Below are positions 30,501 to 39,249 of a stretch of 64,000 nucleotides of DNA, piece after piece. Below the pieces are notes generated by a model. It was not told the DNA's origin. It made no database searches and saw only the letters and a list, made by a program, of their open reading frames with translations. Source of the stretch: Candidatus Latescibacterota bacterium. GTDB taxonomy: Bacteria > Latescibacterota > UBA2968. The position numbers and the translations under genes were made by a program. The stretch spans positions 8,288,001 through 8,352,000 of the forward strand of contig OZ240241.1 in NCBI GenBank assembly GCA_965198115.1, in the 5' to 3' direction. The first letter of the stretch is position 1, and each line of letters starts with the position of its first letter.

Positions 30501-33350
30501 TCAGAAATCGATGACGACGCCCGAGCTGATCAGACGGCCGATCTCCGGCGCCCCGATGAACTCCTGATGCTTGTTGTCGAGGAGATTGGAGGCGGTGACG
30601 GTCAGGGTTGCGCCGAAACGAGGGTCCGTGATGGGTAGTTTGTACTGCACGGTCGCGTCGACACTCGTAGAGGACTCGACGGTTCCGACATACACGCCGG
30701 AGTCCATGGGGAACCCGTCGCGATATCGAAGATGTCCGGTGAAGGAGAAGCCAGAACGCGGATGGTCATACCCGATCCCGATGTTGAATTTGTTCTTTGG
30801 GGCGTTGAGGGCGATATCGGCGATGTTGTCGAGATTCTCGAAGAGGTCGTCGTTCACGTAGGAGTAGTTCCCTTCGACTCTCCAGCCGTTTGATGCGTAA
30901 TAGGCGAAGGCGGCATCGAGGCCCCAGTGAGTGGTCCGGCCGAAGTTTCGATACGTGACCGTGATGGCCGACGGATCTTCGGCCTGTTCCGGCGTGACCG
31001 TTCCGAATGGTATGGCTGCCGCCTGGCTGACGAAGGTCGTCACGAGCTCGCCTACGATGGAGCCGTCGCCATTGCCGCCGAATTCCGGAGCATCGAGCGG
31101 GGCCAATGCCTGCGCGAGCTGTGCGTTGGCAGGGTCGGCGAGGGCGGTCGCGAAAGCTGTTCCGAGAGAAGTTTGGAGGGGTCCCGGATCGAGGAATACG
31201 TTCGGGGTCTCGATGCGGAGCGGCCCCACGAAGTCGGTGGTTTTCGTTCGATAGACGTCGAGGCTGAGAATCAGGTTGTTGTTCACCACGCCCTTATAGC
31301 CAAGTTCGAAGGTTTCGGTAATCGCCGGGTCAATACTGGTGATGTCGGTGACGGCGTTTCCGGTGATCGGGATGGCATCGAATGCTTCAGTCTCGGAATT
31401 CAGGACACGAAGGCTGTTTTGAATTCCCGCAATCTGTGTTGGCACGATCGACGCGAAGGCGGCCAGAATCCCGTCGGCCTGCGCGGTTGCAAGATCCTGC
31501 GGCAGGCCCTGTTGCAGCAAGCCTCCGATCAGTACAGGACGGAACTGCCCGGAGAACCCGGCAAGAACCGCCCCCCGCGCTACTCCCCATTCGAAGTTCG
31601 TGAAGACGGGGTCGTGCAGCTGGATGGGACCGCCGACAGGGATGCTACTCGCGGACGCAGCCAGCTCGTAGGGTGACCTGTAGGTCGGCAACCCGGTGGC
31701 GTCCCGGTTGAACGTGAATCCGTCCAGCAGCCCGAGGACACGGATATCGATAGCCGGACTGTAGCCGAGCGTAGGCTCGAACCGTGCCCCGATACCGCCT
31801 ACATCGATGCGGTTCCTGACGTCGAGGAACAGGTTGTTGCTCGTGGGCGTGCTGAAGGCCCTGTTGTAGGTGGCCCGGAACGTCTGGTCTTCCTGTGGCT
31901 TGAGCACGACGGCCGCACGTGGTGAGAAGACCCCGTCTTTAACGTGATTGTGGTCATCGTAGCGGCCCGCCAGTACGAGGTCGACGACCTCGTTGATGGC
32001 GGTTTCGCTCTGGACGTAAACGCCGAACTCATTGACGTCGTCCCTGTCTTCGTGTCGGCCGCTGATCGTACCCTCGGTTTTCGGGCGTGTCCGAAGAACA
32101 TCCCCACCGTAGATGAAGGACTGTCGTTCGCCCAGGCGGGCCCGGTGTTGAAGTTGGAAAACGGTGAGGGTGGACTTGTCGACGATCGGGTCATCGGTTC
32201 GGAGAAGGCGGGTGTTGTCCCCCGCGTCACTTCGGTTGTAGAAGACCTGGGCGAACCAATCCCGATATCTAACTCTGGCCTGCCCGAACGCGTAACGCCA
32301 GTTGTCCGCGTGGGCGGCTCCCAGACCGGTCATCTCAAGGACCTTCGCCTGGCTCAGACCTGTAGACAGAATAATCTCCGTCTCTTCATTTGGGCGCAGA
32401 TCCATACGTACTTCGCCCGAGAATCTTTCGAGATCGTAGTTGCCCTCTCTTGGGTTGCGCCCTCGATCTGCGACCTCGACGGAGTCGACGTATTCCCAGT
32501 CATTGCCGGCGTAGTATTGGCCGGACGCTTTGATTCCGATCTTGCCGTTCGTGGACGAGGCGTGTCGAAACGAGAAATTCCTGAGGCTGCGCTCGCCACC
32601 GCCTACGCCTAGCGTCGTTCCTTCGGAGCCGATGGGAGACTTTGTGATGATGTGAAGGACCCCATTCGCGCTGTTCGGCCCGTAGAGGGCCGAACCCGGA
32701 CCGCGAACGACTTCGATCTGCTCCACGTCCTGGTTGGTGACGGGAATGAAGTTGTTGACGTTGATGCGGAGGGATGGAACGCGCGCGATCCGGTTGTCCA
32801 TCAGTGTGAGGAAGGCGCCGGAGAAGACGTTGTTGAATCCTCGAGTAACGACGTTGTTCTGGACCAGACCCGTTTTGACAAAGTCGACACCCGGCTGGGA
32901 ACGGATGTTCTCCGCCACGTTGAGGGCGGGTGTGCTGTTGACTTCGTCGCCGGTGATGACAGAAACGGAGGCCGGTGCGTCGAGCGCCTTCTGCTGGGAG
33001 CGCGATGCCGAGAGGATCAGCTGATCGTGTTCAAGCAGATCGGCTTGAAGTGTGACATCGAAGGCCAACTGCTCGGAAGTCAACTGGACAGAGCGGGAAA
33101 CGGTCTTAAAGCCGATGAAGGAAACGGTGACGCGATATTTCCCGTGCCCAAGGCCTCTGACTTCGTAGTGGCCCTGGTCGTTTGTGACGTCGCCCGCGGG
33201 CGCCTGGAGAGTGGTCCCTTCGACGACGACATTCGCACCGGGCAGAGGTTCCCCGGCGTCGTCGACGACACGGCCGGTGATCGTGCCCGTGGATTGAGCA
33301 AAAGTACTCGTCGCAAGCAGAATGGATGCGATGACCGTGAGTGCTCGCAT
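30501..33350 (-). CDS. TonB-dependent receptor with N-terminal carboxypeptidase-regulatory-like domain
   Basis: Signal peptide, GEPLPGANV, plug domain (APASVSVI, IEVVRGPGSALYG), NLLD and C-terminal Phe. Confidence 0.92.
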   Translation of the reverse strand: MRALTVIASILLATSTFAQSTGTITGRVVDDAGEPLPGANVVVEGTTLQAPAGDVTNDQGHYEVRGLGHGKYRVTVSFIGFKTVSRSVQLTSEQLAFDVTLQADLLEHDQLILSASRSQQKALDAPASVSVITGDEVNSTPALNVAENIRSQPGVDFVKTGLVQNNVVTRGFNNVFSGAFLTLMDNRIARVPSLRINVNNFIPVTNQDVEQIEVVRGPGSALYGPNSANGVLHIITKSPIGSEGTTLGVGGGERSLRNFSFRHASSTNGKIGIKASGQYYAGNDWEYVDSVEVADRGRNPREGNYDLERFSGEVRMDLRPNEETEIILSTGLSQAKVLEMTGLGAAHADNWRYAFGQARVRYRDWFAQVFYNRSDAGDNTRLLRTDDPIVDKSTLTVFQLQHRARLGERQSFIYGGDVLRTRPKTEGTISGRHEDRDDVNEFGVYVQSETAINEVVDLVLAGRYDDHNHVKDGVFSPRAAVVLKPQEDQTFRATYNRAFSTPTSNNLFLDVRNRIDVGGIGARFEPTLGYSPAIDIRVLGLLDGFTFNRDATGLPTYRSPYELAASASSIPVGGPIQLHDPVFTNFEWGVARGAVLAGFSGQFRPVLIGGLLQQGLPQDLATAQADGILAAFASIVPTQIAGIQNSLRVLNSETEAFDAIPITGNAVTDITSIDPAITETFELGYKGVVNNNLILSLDVYRTKTTDFVGPLRIETPNVFLDPGPLQTSLGTAFATALADPANAQLAQALAPLDAPEFGGNGDGSIVGELVTTFVSQAAAIPFGTVTPEQAEDPSAITVTYRNFGRTTHWGLDAAFAYYASNGWRVEGNYSYVNDDLFENLDNIADIALNAPKNKFNIGIGYDHPRSGFSFTGHLRYRDGFPMDSGVYVGTVESSTSVDATVQYKLPITDPRFGATLTVTASNLLDNKHQEFIGAPEIGRLISSGVVIDF

Positions 33351-33441
33351 GGATCTCCTCCCTAGGTCCAGCGGTGCCTTAAAGACCTGATTGCGAACAA
33401 TTTAGGACTGCAGTGAGGTCGAGCAAAGACGAAAAGCTCCT

Positions 33442-33526
33442 ACCGCAGGGAGCGCAGAGGTCGCAGAAGGTTGAGGTTTCAGCCCTGGAAGGGCGGCATC
33501 CCTTAGCCCAGGGCGACAGCCCTGGG
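33442..33526 (+). repeat. B-type 9-mer repeat followed by a family A REP doublet
   Basis: ACCGCAGGGAGCGCAGAGGTCGCAGAAG then AGCCCTGGAAGGGCGGCATCCCTTAGCCCAGGGCGACAGCCCTGGG. Confidence 0.7.
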
Positions 33527-33682
33527 TACCCGGTGGAGGAAGGAAGTCGTGCGCCGCTGTTGTCTATGGCGAGTCTCAAACACGTGAGGCATCGGCGCAC
33601 AGTCACGAGGACTAAAAAAGTTCCCCGATGACGATGGGCCCAAACCAAGCGATCTTATTCCCTGTTAAGGAAAAAACGCATA

Positions 33683-36157
33683 CTACAAGTCGATCTTGGT
33701 CCAGACGAAGAGGTTGCGCGTGGCGGCGGGGAAGAAGGCAGTCGCCTCGCCACGCGTTTCGTAGAGCGTGTCGAACAGGTTGTTGACGTCGATTCGCAGC
33801 TCGACGCGTTTGAGGCCGAGCTGGCGACCGAAGTCGTAGGCCAGGCCTAGGTTGGCTACCGTGTAGGCGTCGACCGAGAGGGATACGTAGTCGGGAACCG
33901 AACGGGCAGTGGGTGACTGGCGATTGTCTTCTGAATTGTCGGTGTATTGCTTACCGACGTGCTGGACAGCGAGCGAGGCTCTGAAGCCCTGACGTTCAAA
34001 CGTTGCCCGCACGTTGGCGAGGACGTCGGGGAAGCCCGAAATGCGGTTGCCGTCGAGGCTCGTTCCCTGTCCCGAAAAGTCGAAGACCGTGTGCTTTTTG
34101 AAGGTGTTGCGGGAGAGGCTGAGGTTGCCCTGAAGCGTAAAGTCACGAGCGATCCGGGCGGCGGCCGTTAGTTCTGCGCCCTTATGCAAGGTTTTATCCG
34201 CGTTGCCCGTGACTGGCTGGCCGAACTGATCGAGCTGACCGTTGCTGACGATTTCGTCGCGAAAGTCCATCCAGAATAGGTTGAGCGTCGCTCGGAAGGA
34301 GGGCGACGCGTAGCCGGCGCCGATCTCGATGTCGTTCAAGGTTTCGGGTTTCGCCAGAGGATCGTCGAAGTCGAAACGGCCGTTGGCGTTCTGCCTGAAC
34401 TGAGGCTGTACGAAGAAGCTGGAGTTCGCGGCATCGTAATAGTTGACAAGACGGGGCTCGCGCGTCGTGCGAGAAAAGCTTACGTAGCTGTGGACGCGGT
34501 CGGTCAGGTTGACGTTCAAACCGATACTGGGGTTGACGAAGAAAAGGGGAACCGTGAATTCGGTCCCGACGAACGCCTCGTCGAACAGACGGTATCGCTT
34601 GGCCGCCAGCTGAAGCTTCCCCTTGACGTTCACACGCTCATTGAGGCGGTGGCTGTGGTCGATATATGCACTCCCGATCCATTTTTCGCCCTTGTATTCG
34701 TAAAAGCGAAATTGCGGTGTGATCTCGGGAGGAAGGTTCTCTGCCCACCGGACCTTGCCCCAGTGAAGCGATTGGTGATACCGAAGCTCGAGACCGACTT
34801 CTGTCGTCGATCTGCTTCGTTCGATCGATAAACGAGGTAACCACCCACCTTGATGGTTGTTGACGAACGCGCGCACGAGCGATTCGCCCGGATTGCCGAC
34901 CGGAGTGAACCCGTTGTCGGCGGTCAGGCGATAATAGGTTTCGTCAGCCCATCCCGTTCCGTCGAAGTCGAAAAAGCCTCCGCCCTGGACATAAAAGAAA
35001 CTGTTGTGCAGCGTTTTGCTCTGGTCGATGGCGAATTCGTTGAGAATCTCGACGTGGGGCTGGTGGAAGTCTTCGATTTCCTCGTCGCCAACGATGGGGT
35101 TCTGCCTCCGTAGGTTCCGGTCTGCGAGGACGTTCACGCGAGCGCCGTTGATGGTTTGGAAGCGCTCCGTTCCGTAGAAGTTGAGATGGTCACGGTTGAG
35201 GCTGCCGTAGACGTGGATGCGCGTCGTCGAACGCGGCGTGTAATGTGCGGCGCCCGCGAAATAGGAGAGGAAGTCGACCCAGGCGCCACGGCGGTAGCCG
35301 TCCGTCATCGTTTTGCTGATGTGTGCGTTGAGGGCGAATCCGTTGTCGAGTAGGCCGGAGTTCAGCGTGAGGCCGACCTTGCGGGTGTCGTAGCTGCCGT
35401 ATCCGGTTGTGAGGGTGACTTTCGGATCGGGGGAGAACCGGTCAGTCTCGAGATTGACTGACCCACCGATGGCGGCCGGGCCGTAGAACGCACTGCCTGC
35501 ACCACGCTGTACTTGGACGTCTTCGAGGGACGAAGCGAGGTCGGGGAAGTTGATCCAGTAGACGCTGTGATCTTCGGGATCGTTTTGAGGAATTCCGTTG
35601 ATCATGACCGAAACGCGTCGGTGGTCGAACCCACGCAGGGTCAGGTAGGTGTAACCGATGTTGTTGCCCGATTCCGAATAGGTAGCGGCGGAAGGTGTTT
35701 CGGAAAGTACGGTCGGAATGCCCTGAGCGTGGAACCGGGTTTCGATCTCACGCTGGTCGATATTCGTGAATGCCACGGGAGATTCACGGTCGACAGCTCG
35801 TGTGGCTGTCACGGTCACGATCTGGCCTGGCAAGGTTGTGGGTGTGAGTCCTATATCGAGGGACAGTCCACGTTGAGGCACGTGGATCGAAGACCGATGA
35901 GGGCGGTAGCCGATGTGGCTGAAGCGCACGATGTAAGTGCCGGATGTCAGATCACCGACGAGATAGCCGCCGTCTTCGGCCGATACGCCGATTTGCCTGA
36001 TGCCCTGAACGTGGATGTTGACACCGGCCAGTGAGGTTCCGGTCTCGGCGTCCGTGATTCGGCCGGAAAGCGTCGAGGCGTGTGTGACTGAGAGGGGGAT
36101 GAAGAGACCGATGGTGGCGATCCATCGGAGGACCGAAGAGAATGCGATGCGTGTCAT
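33683..36157 (-). CDS. TonB-dependent receptor, probably for thiamine or a thiamine precursor
   Basis: Signal peptide, plug domain (LRGFD, INGIPQND, VQVQRGAG), VNNLFD; lies directly downstream of a TPP riboswitch. Confidence 0.88.
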   Translation of the reverse strand: MTRIAFSSVLRWIATIGLFIPLSVTHASTLSGRITDAETGTSLAGVNIHVQGIRQIGVSAEDGGYLVGDLTSGTYIVRFSHIGYRPHRSSIHVPQRGLSLDIGLTPTTLPGQIVTVTATRAVDRESPVAFTNIDQREIETRFHAQGIPTVLSETPSAATYSESGNNIGYTYLTLRGFDHRRVSVMINGIPQNDPEDHSVYWINFPDLASSLEDVQVQRGAGSAFYGPAAIGGSVNLETDRFSPDPKVTLTTGYGSYDTRKVGLTLNSGLLDNGFALNAHISKTMTDGYRRGAWVDFLSYFAGAAHYTPRSTTRIHVYGSLNRDHLNFYGTERFQTINGARVNVLADRNLRRQNPIVGDEEIEDFHQPHVEILNEFAIDQSKTLHNSFFYVQGGGFFDFDGTGWADETYYRLTADNGFTPVGNPGESLVRAFVNNHQGGWLPRLSIERSRSTTEVGLELRYHQSLHWGKVRWAENLPPEITPQFRFYEYKGEKWIGSAYIDHSHRLNERVNVKGKLQLAAKRYRLFDEAFVGTEFTVPLFFVNPSIGLNVNLTDRVHSYVSFSRTTREPRLVNYYDAANSSFFVQPQFRQNANGRFDFDDPLAKPETLNDIEIGAGYASPSFRATLNLFWMDFRDEIVSNGQLDQFGQPVTGNADKTLHKGAELTAAARIARDFTLQGNLSLSRNTFKKHTVFDFSGQGTSLDGNRISGFPDVLANVRATFERQGFRASLAVQHVGKQYTDNSEDNRQSPTARSVPDYVSLSVDAYTVANLGLAYDFGRQLGLKRVELRIDVNNLFDTLYETRGEATAFFPAATRNLFVWTKIDL

Positions 36158-36173
36158 GGTGTCTCCAACAACG

Positions 36174-36200
36174 AAAAAAGCCGCTCTGTAGAGAGCGGCT
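36174..36200 (-). terminator. Intrinsic terminator (attenuator) of the TPP riboswitch expression platform
   Basis: Minus strand AGCCGCTCT-CTAC-AGAGCGGCT-TTTTT between the aptamer and the GGAGA RBS. Confidence 0.85.
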
Positions 36201-36224
36201 CGATGCTGGATTCACCGAAGTTGC

Positions 36225-36303
36225 TTCCGCTTCCCTACGCTGGCATTACCCAGATCAGGTTCACAGGGTGTGATCTCAGCCTCTCGGCACCCCTATGCGG
36301 ATT
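36225..36303 (-). ncRNA. TPP riboswitch aptamer
   Basis: Minus strand AGGGGTGCCGAGAGGCTGAGATCACACCCTGTGAACCTGATCTGGGTAATGCCAGCGTAGGGAA carries the CUGAGA, GAACCUGAUC and UAAU..CAGCGUAGGGAA hallmarks; P1 is TCCGC/GCGGA. Confidence 0.96.
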
Positions 36304-36329
36304 CTGTTTCGCGATGTCTACTACGCCAA

Positions 36330-36358
36330 AACGTAGCGGAGTTGCGTGCACGTGTCAA
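36330..36358 (-). promoter_or_regulatory. Sigma-70 promoter of the TPP leader
   Basis: TTGACA-N17-TACGTT about 30 nt upstream of the aptamer. Confidence 0.75.
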
Positions 36359-36382
36359 GAACCCCGACAACAAAAACCTTGG

Positions 36383-36437
36383 GACCACCCCTCGACTTCG
36401 CTCGGGATAAACTCCCCACACGGAATACACGGACGGA
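36383..36437 (+). repeat. Family D-like half-element nested in a B-type repeat
   Basis: GACCA|CCCCTCGACTTCGCTCGGGATAAAC|TCCCCACACGGAATACACGGACGG. Confidence 0.65.
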
Positions 36438-36492
36438 AAAGTAGAAGAGGCCCCACGAACGGTAGGCCAAGGACCCGACATTGTGGCGAGGC

Positions 36493-36542
36493 AGCCCGCT
36501 TCAGCGGGCTTCGCTGCCGTAGCGTGGGGCTTTAGCCCCACG
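36493..36542 (+). repeat. REP-like doublet related to family A
   Basis: AGCCCGCTTCAGCGGGCT then GTAG-CGTGGGGCT-tt-AGCCCCACG. Confidence 0.7.
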
Positions 36543-36601
36543 TCGTCGGGTTGAGCGACATATAAAACGGATTGTCGAGCAGGGTCGCGCAATGTTATCA
36601 C

Positions 36602-37621
36602 TCATGCCCTGCGCGCCAGCCCCTCTCGCAGCAGCTCTCCGTTGAGGAACCGGCTTTTTTGCGCGACGACGTTCGCATCGCGTTCGCCGGGGAGATAGAA
36701 GATGTCGGCGAGGTAGCGGTCGTAGCGATCGGGGCGGGTCGTTTTGGCGACGATGAAGTCGACGTCGGCGAGAGCGCGTTCGACGAATCGCTTCGCGCGA
36801 TGACCGGCTTCGGTCGGGAGCTCTGCCGTGTCGATGCCGCGGAATCGGAGCTTTTGCACGAGGATGTCGCCGTTTGGTGTGGTGAGGGTGACGGCGATCG
36901 TGTCGCCGTCGATGACGCGGGTGACCTTCAACTGATGGGTGAAGAGACGACGGGCGTGCGTGTCCACGTGGCGGATCGATATCTTCGAGCCGGCTGACTG
37001 ATCGACACGGACGATCGTGCCTTCCTCGAACGCACCGCTGCGAGACCTCGCTCGCCAGTAGAGGCTGAAGCCGAGATCGAGGTAGAGTCCGCTGGCGACG
37101 CTTTCGTGTGGACCCCGGACACGGTAGACGTTCAGATCGCCGCGGAGCGGTTTGAAAGCGGTCGACTGATGCGATTTCGGGGGCTTCGTGTGTGTGTCGG
37201 TTCGAATGGCCTCGGCCAACTGTCGAACAGACCAGTCCTCTTCCTGCGCCGCCGCGACGTAGTAGGCGCGAACTTCCTCATCCTGAATCCCAAGGATGCG
37301 GGTCACTTGGGTCCACGTCAAATCTCCGATCGATCGGAGATTTGGATAAAATCGATAGAATTTGAGCGATTCATAGAGCCGTTTCTCCGACATCCCGACG
37401 TCATCGGCCAATTGTGGAATGACGCGCGCACCGTATTCGGCCTGGCTTCCATCTACCGGCAGATGTCGGTGCAGCTCACGTCCGATTCGCCAATAGGCGT
37501 TGATTCGCTCGCGCTGAACCGCTTGCCTGGCACGCTCGAGGCTCTTGTCGAGAATGGTGCGGATCGCTGTACGAAGTCGAATGTAGTCTGGCGATGGTGC
37601 TATCGGCATCGGTTGCTCCAT
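36602..37621 (-). CDS. DUF1016 N-terminal domain fused to a thermonuclease (SNase) domain
   Basis: AYWRIG...AEYG..VI..LA...FYRFYP...LTWTQ...YY....W SVRQL fits the YhcG N-domain; RVIDGDT, RFRGIDTAE, DRYDRYLA and LNGELLREGLA fit SNase. Confidence 0.85.
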   Translation of the reverse strand: MEQPMPIAPSPDYIRLRTAIRTILDKSLERARQAVQRERINAYWRIGRELHRHLPVDGSQAEYGARVIPQLADDVGMSEKRLYESLKFYRFYPNLRSIGDLTWTQVTRILGIQDEEVRAYYVAAAQEEDWSVRQLAEAIRTDTHTKPPKSHQSTAFKPLRGDLNVYRVRGPHESVASGLYLDLGFSLYWRARSRSGAFEEGTIVRVDQSAGSKISIRHVDTHARRLFTHQLKVTRVIDGDTIAVTLTTPNGDILVQKLRFRGIDTAELPTEAGHRAKRFVERALADVDFIVAKTTRPDRYDRYLADIFYLPGERDANVVAQKSRFLNGELLREGLARRA

Positions 37622-37792
37622 ATGGAGTGTGTGCTGCTCCCAAATACGATATCATGATAGGCATGCATCATGGAACGGGGCTAAAGCAAGCTACGTCGAA
37701 CGTACGAGACCTCCAGGGTCACATGAATATGGAGTATGCCACGAGGTGAGTGTGCTTCCGTATGACCTCGTGGTCGGGAGACGCCTGGAGGA

Positions 37793-38059
37793 ATGATGAT
37801 CCTCAAGCTGGTTATCGTACTTCTGCCCGTCCTCGCGATCCTCGTTATCTTCGTGATGGCCGGACGGAGCGCTCGCAAAAAGGGCAGCGGGAACATGACG
37901 ACCCTGTCACTGGGGGCGACGTATCATCTGTTGAGCGAAGACAAGAAGCGGGCGGCTGAGATCGTGGTGAAGCAGAACGCCGGGGCGAAGCTCAAGGAGC
38001 AGAGCTCCGAGGGGGACAAGGTGCCTCCCACCGATGGCGGCCTGCCAGCGGACGGTTGA
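37793..38059 (+). CDS. Small single-pass membrane protein of unknown function
   Basis: GGAGGA RBS, hydrophobic N-terminal helix followed by basic residues. Confidence 0.65.
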   Translation: MMILKLVIVLLPVLAILVIFVMAGRSARKKGSGNMTTLSLGATYHLLSEDKKRAAEIVVKQNAGAKLKEQSSEGDKVPPTDGGLPADG

Positions 38060-38070
38060 AACGACACCCC

Positions 38071-38096
38071 GAAACGCTGCTTGGGATGGCGACGTC
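38071..38096 (+). promoter_or_regulatory. Putative ECF-type promoter upstream of the SDR gene
   Basis: GAAAC-N17-CGTC followed by TCATA, about 100 nt before the ATG at 38200. Confidence 0.4.
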
Positions 38097-38199
38097 TCAT
38101 AAGGTACCGAAGGTAATTGCCACAATGAAGGTCCTGTGTCGTGTCGACCGGTTTCCACCCGGCCCACAGCCCAGGGCCTTCTGTCTGTTGGGGGACCCC

Positions 38200-39068
38200 A
38201 TGATCGACCTGCAACTCAATGGAAAGATCGCTCTGGTGACCGGCGTGAACCACGGAATCGGAGTGGCCATAGCACGCGTTCTGGCATGTCAGGGCGCCAA
38301 GCTGTTCGCCATCGGATTCCGCGAAGTCTGCACTTACTCTCAGAAAGAGCTGGACGCCGCGATCGATTCGGGAGTCGGCGGTGATCCGCTCTACCGGGCC
38401 GGGCAGCAGCAGCCCGTCGACGAACGGTTGAGGAGATGGAGGGATGGGGAGGGACGGCTGTCGGCAAGGAGATGGATCTGGCCGATCCGCAAAACGTGCC
38501 TCGGCTGTTCGATCTCTGCGAAGCGGAGCTGGGTCCGGTCGACATTCTCGTGAACAACCACGCGTTCTGTGAGTCGGAGACGTTCGACCCGAAGTCGGTG
38601 AGCGATGAGGGGGCGGGCATCTTTCTCCCGTACGCGGAGAGGATCGATGCGCATTTCGCCGTTAACGCACGGGCCGTCGCGCTGATGATGTCGGAATACC
38701 TGGATCGATACCTTGCCAGGCAGGGCAGCTGGGGCCGCATCGTCAACATCAGTACGGATGCTGCGTGTTGCCATCCGTTCAACGTCAGCTACGCGGCCAG
38801 CAAGCACGCGATCGAATCCTACAGCCGATCGGCTGCGTGCGAAATGGGTCCCTACGGGATTACCGTGAATGTTGTTGCACCGGGGCCAACGCAGACAGGC
38901 TACATCACCCCCGAGATGGAGGCTGAGTGCATAGTCGACACGCCTCTCGGCCGGCTTGGGGAACCCGAGGACATCGCCGATGCGGTCTTGCTGCTGTTAT
39001 CGGAGCAAGCGCGTTGGATCACCGGCCAGCTGTTGTATGTGGGCGGTGGATACGCGATGCCGCGGTAA
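38200..39068 (+). CDS. Short-chain dehydrogenase/reductase, frameshifted near 38430
   Basis: ALVTGVNHGIG in the first frame; DILVNN, IVNIS, YAASK, VNVVAPG and WITGQ in the second. Confidence 0.85.
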
Positions 39069-39249
39069 TGGATCTCGCTGCGTTCCTGAGAAATCCTGTT
39101 GAATACCATAATCGGTTGATACTACGATAAGGAAGGACTCTCGCTTTCGAAAAGGCTCAGGCGGTTTCGAGCGCGTAGGCGAGGACAGCGCCGCCCTTCG
39201 CGACTTACTGAGGATCGTGTGCGAATCTACCGCCAAGAAGGAGTGAACC

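Noticed and set aside
39070-39249. PRPP/ykkC-type riboswitch upstream of prs
   Set aside because: I could not match the conserved ykkC core, and the region contains only weak hairpins. An Infernal scan would settle it.
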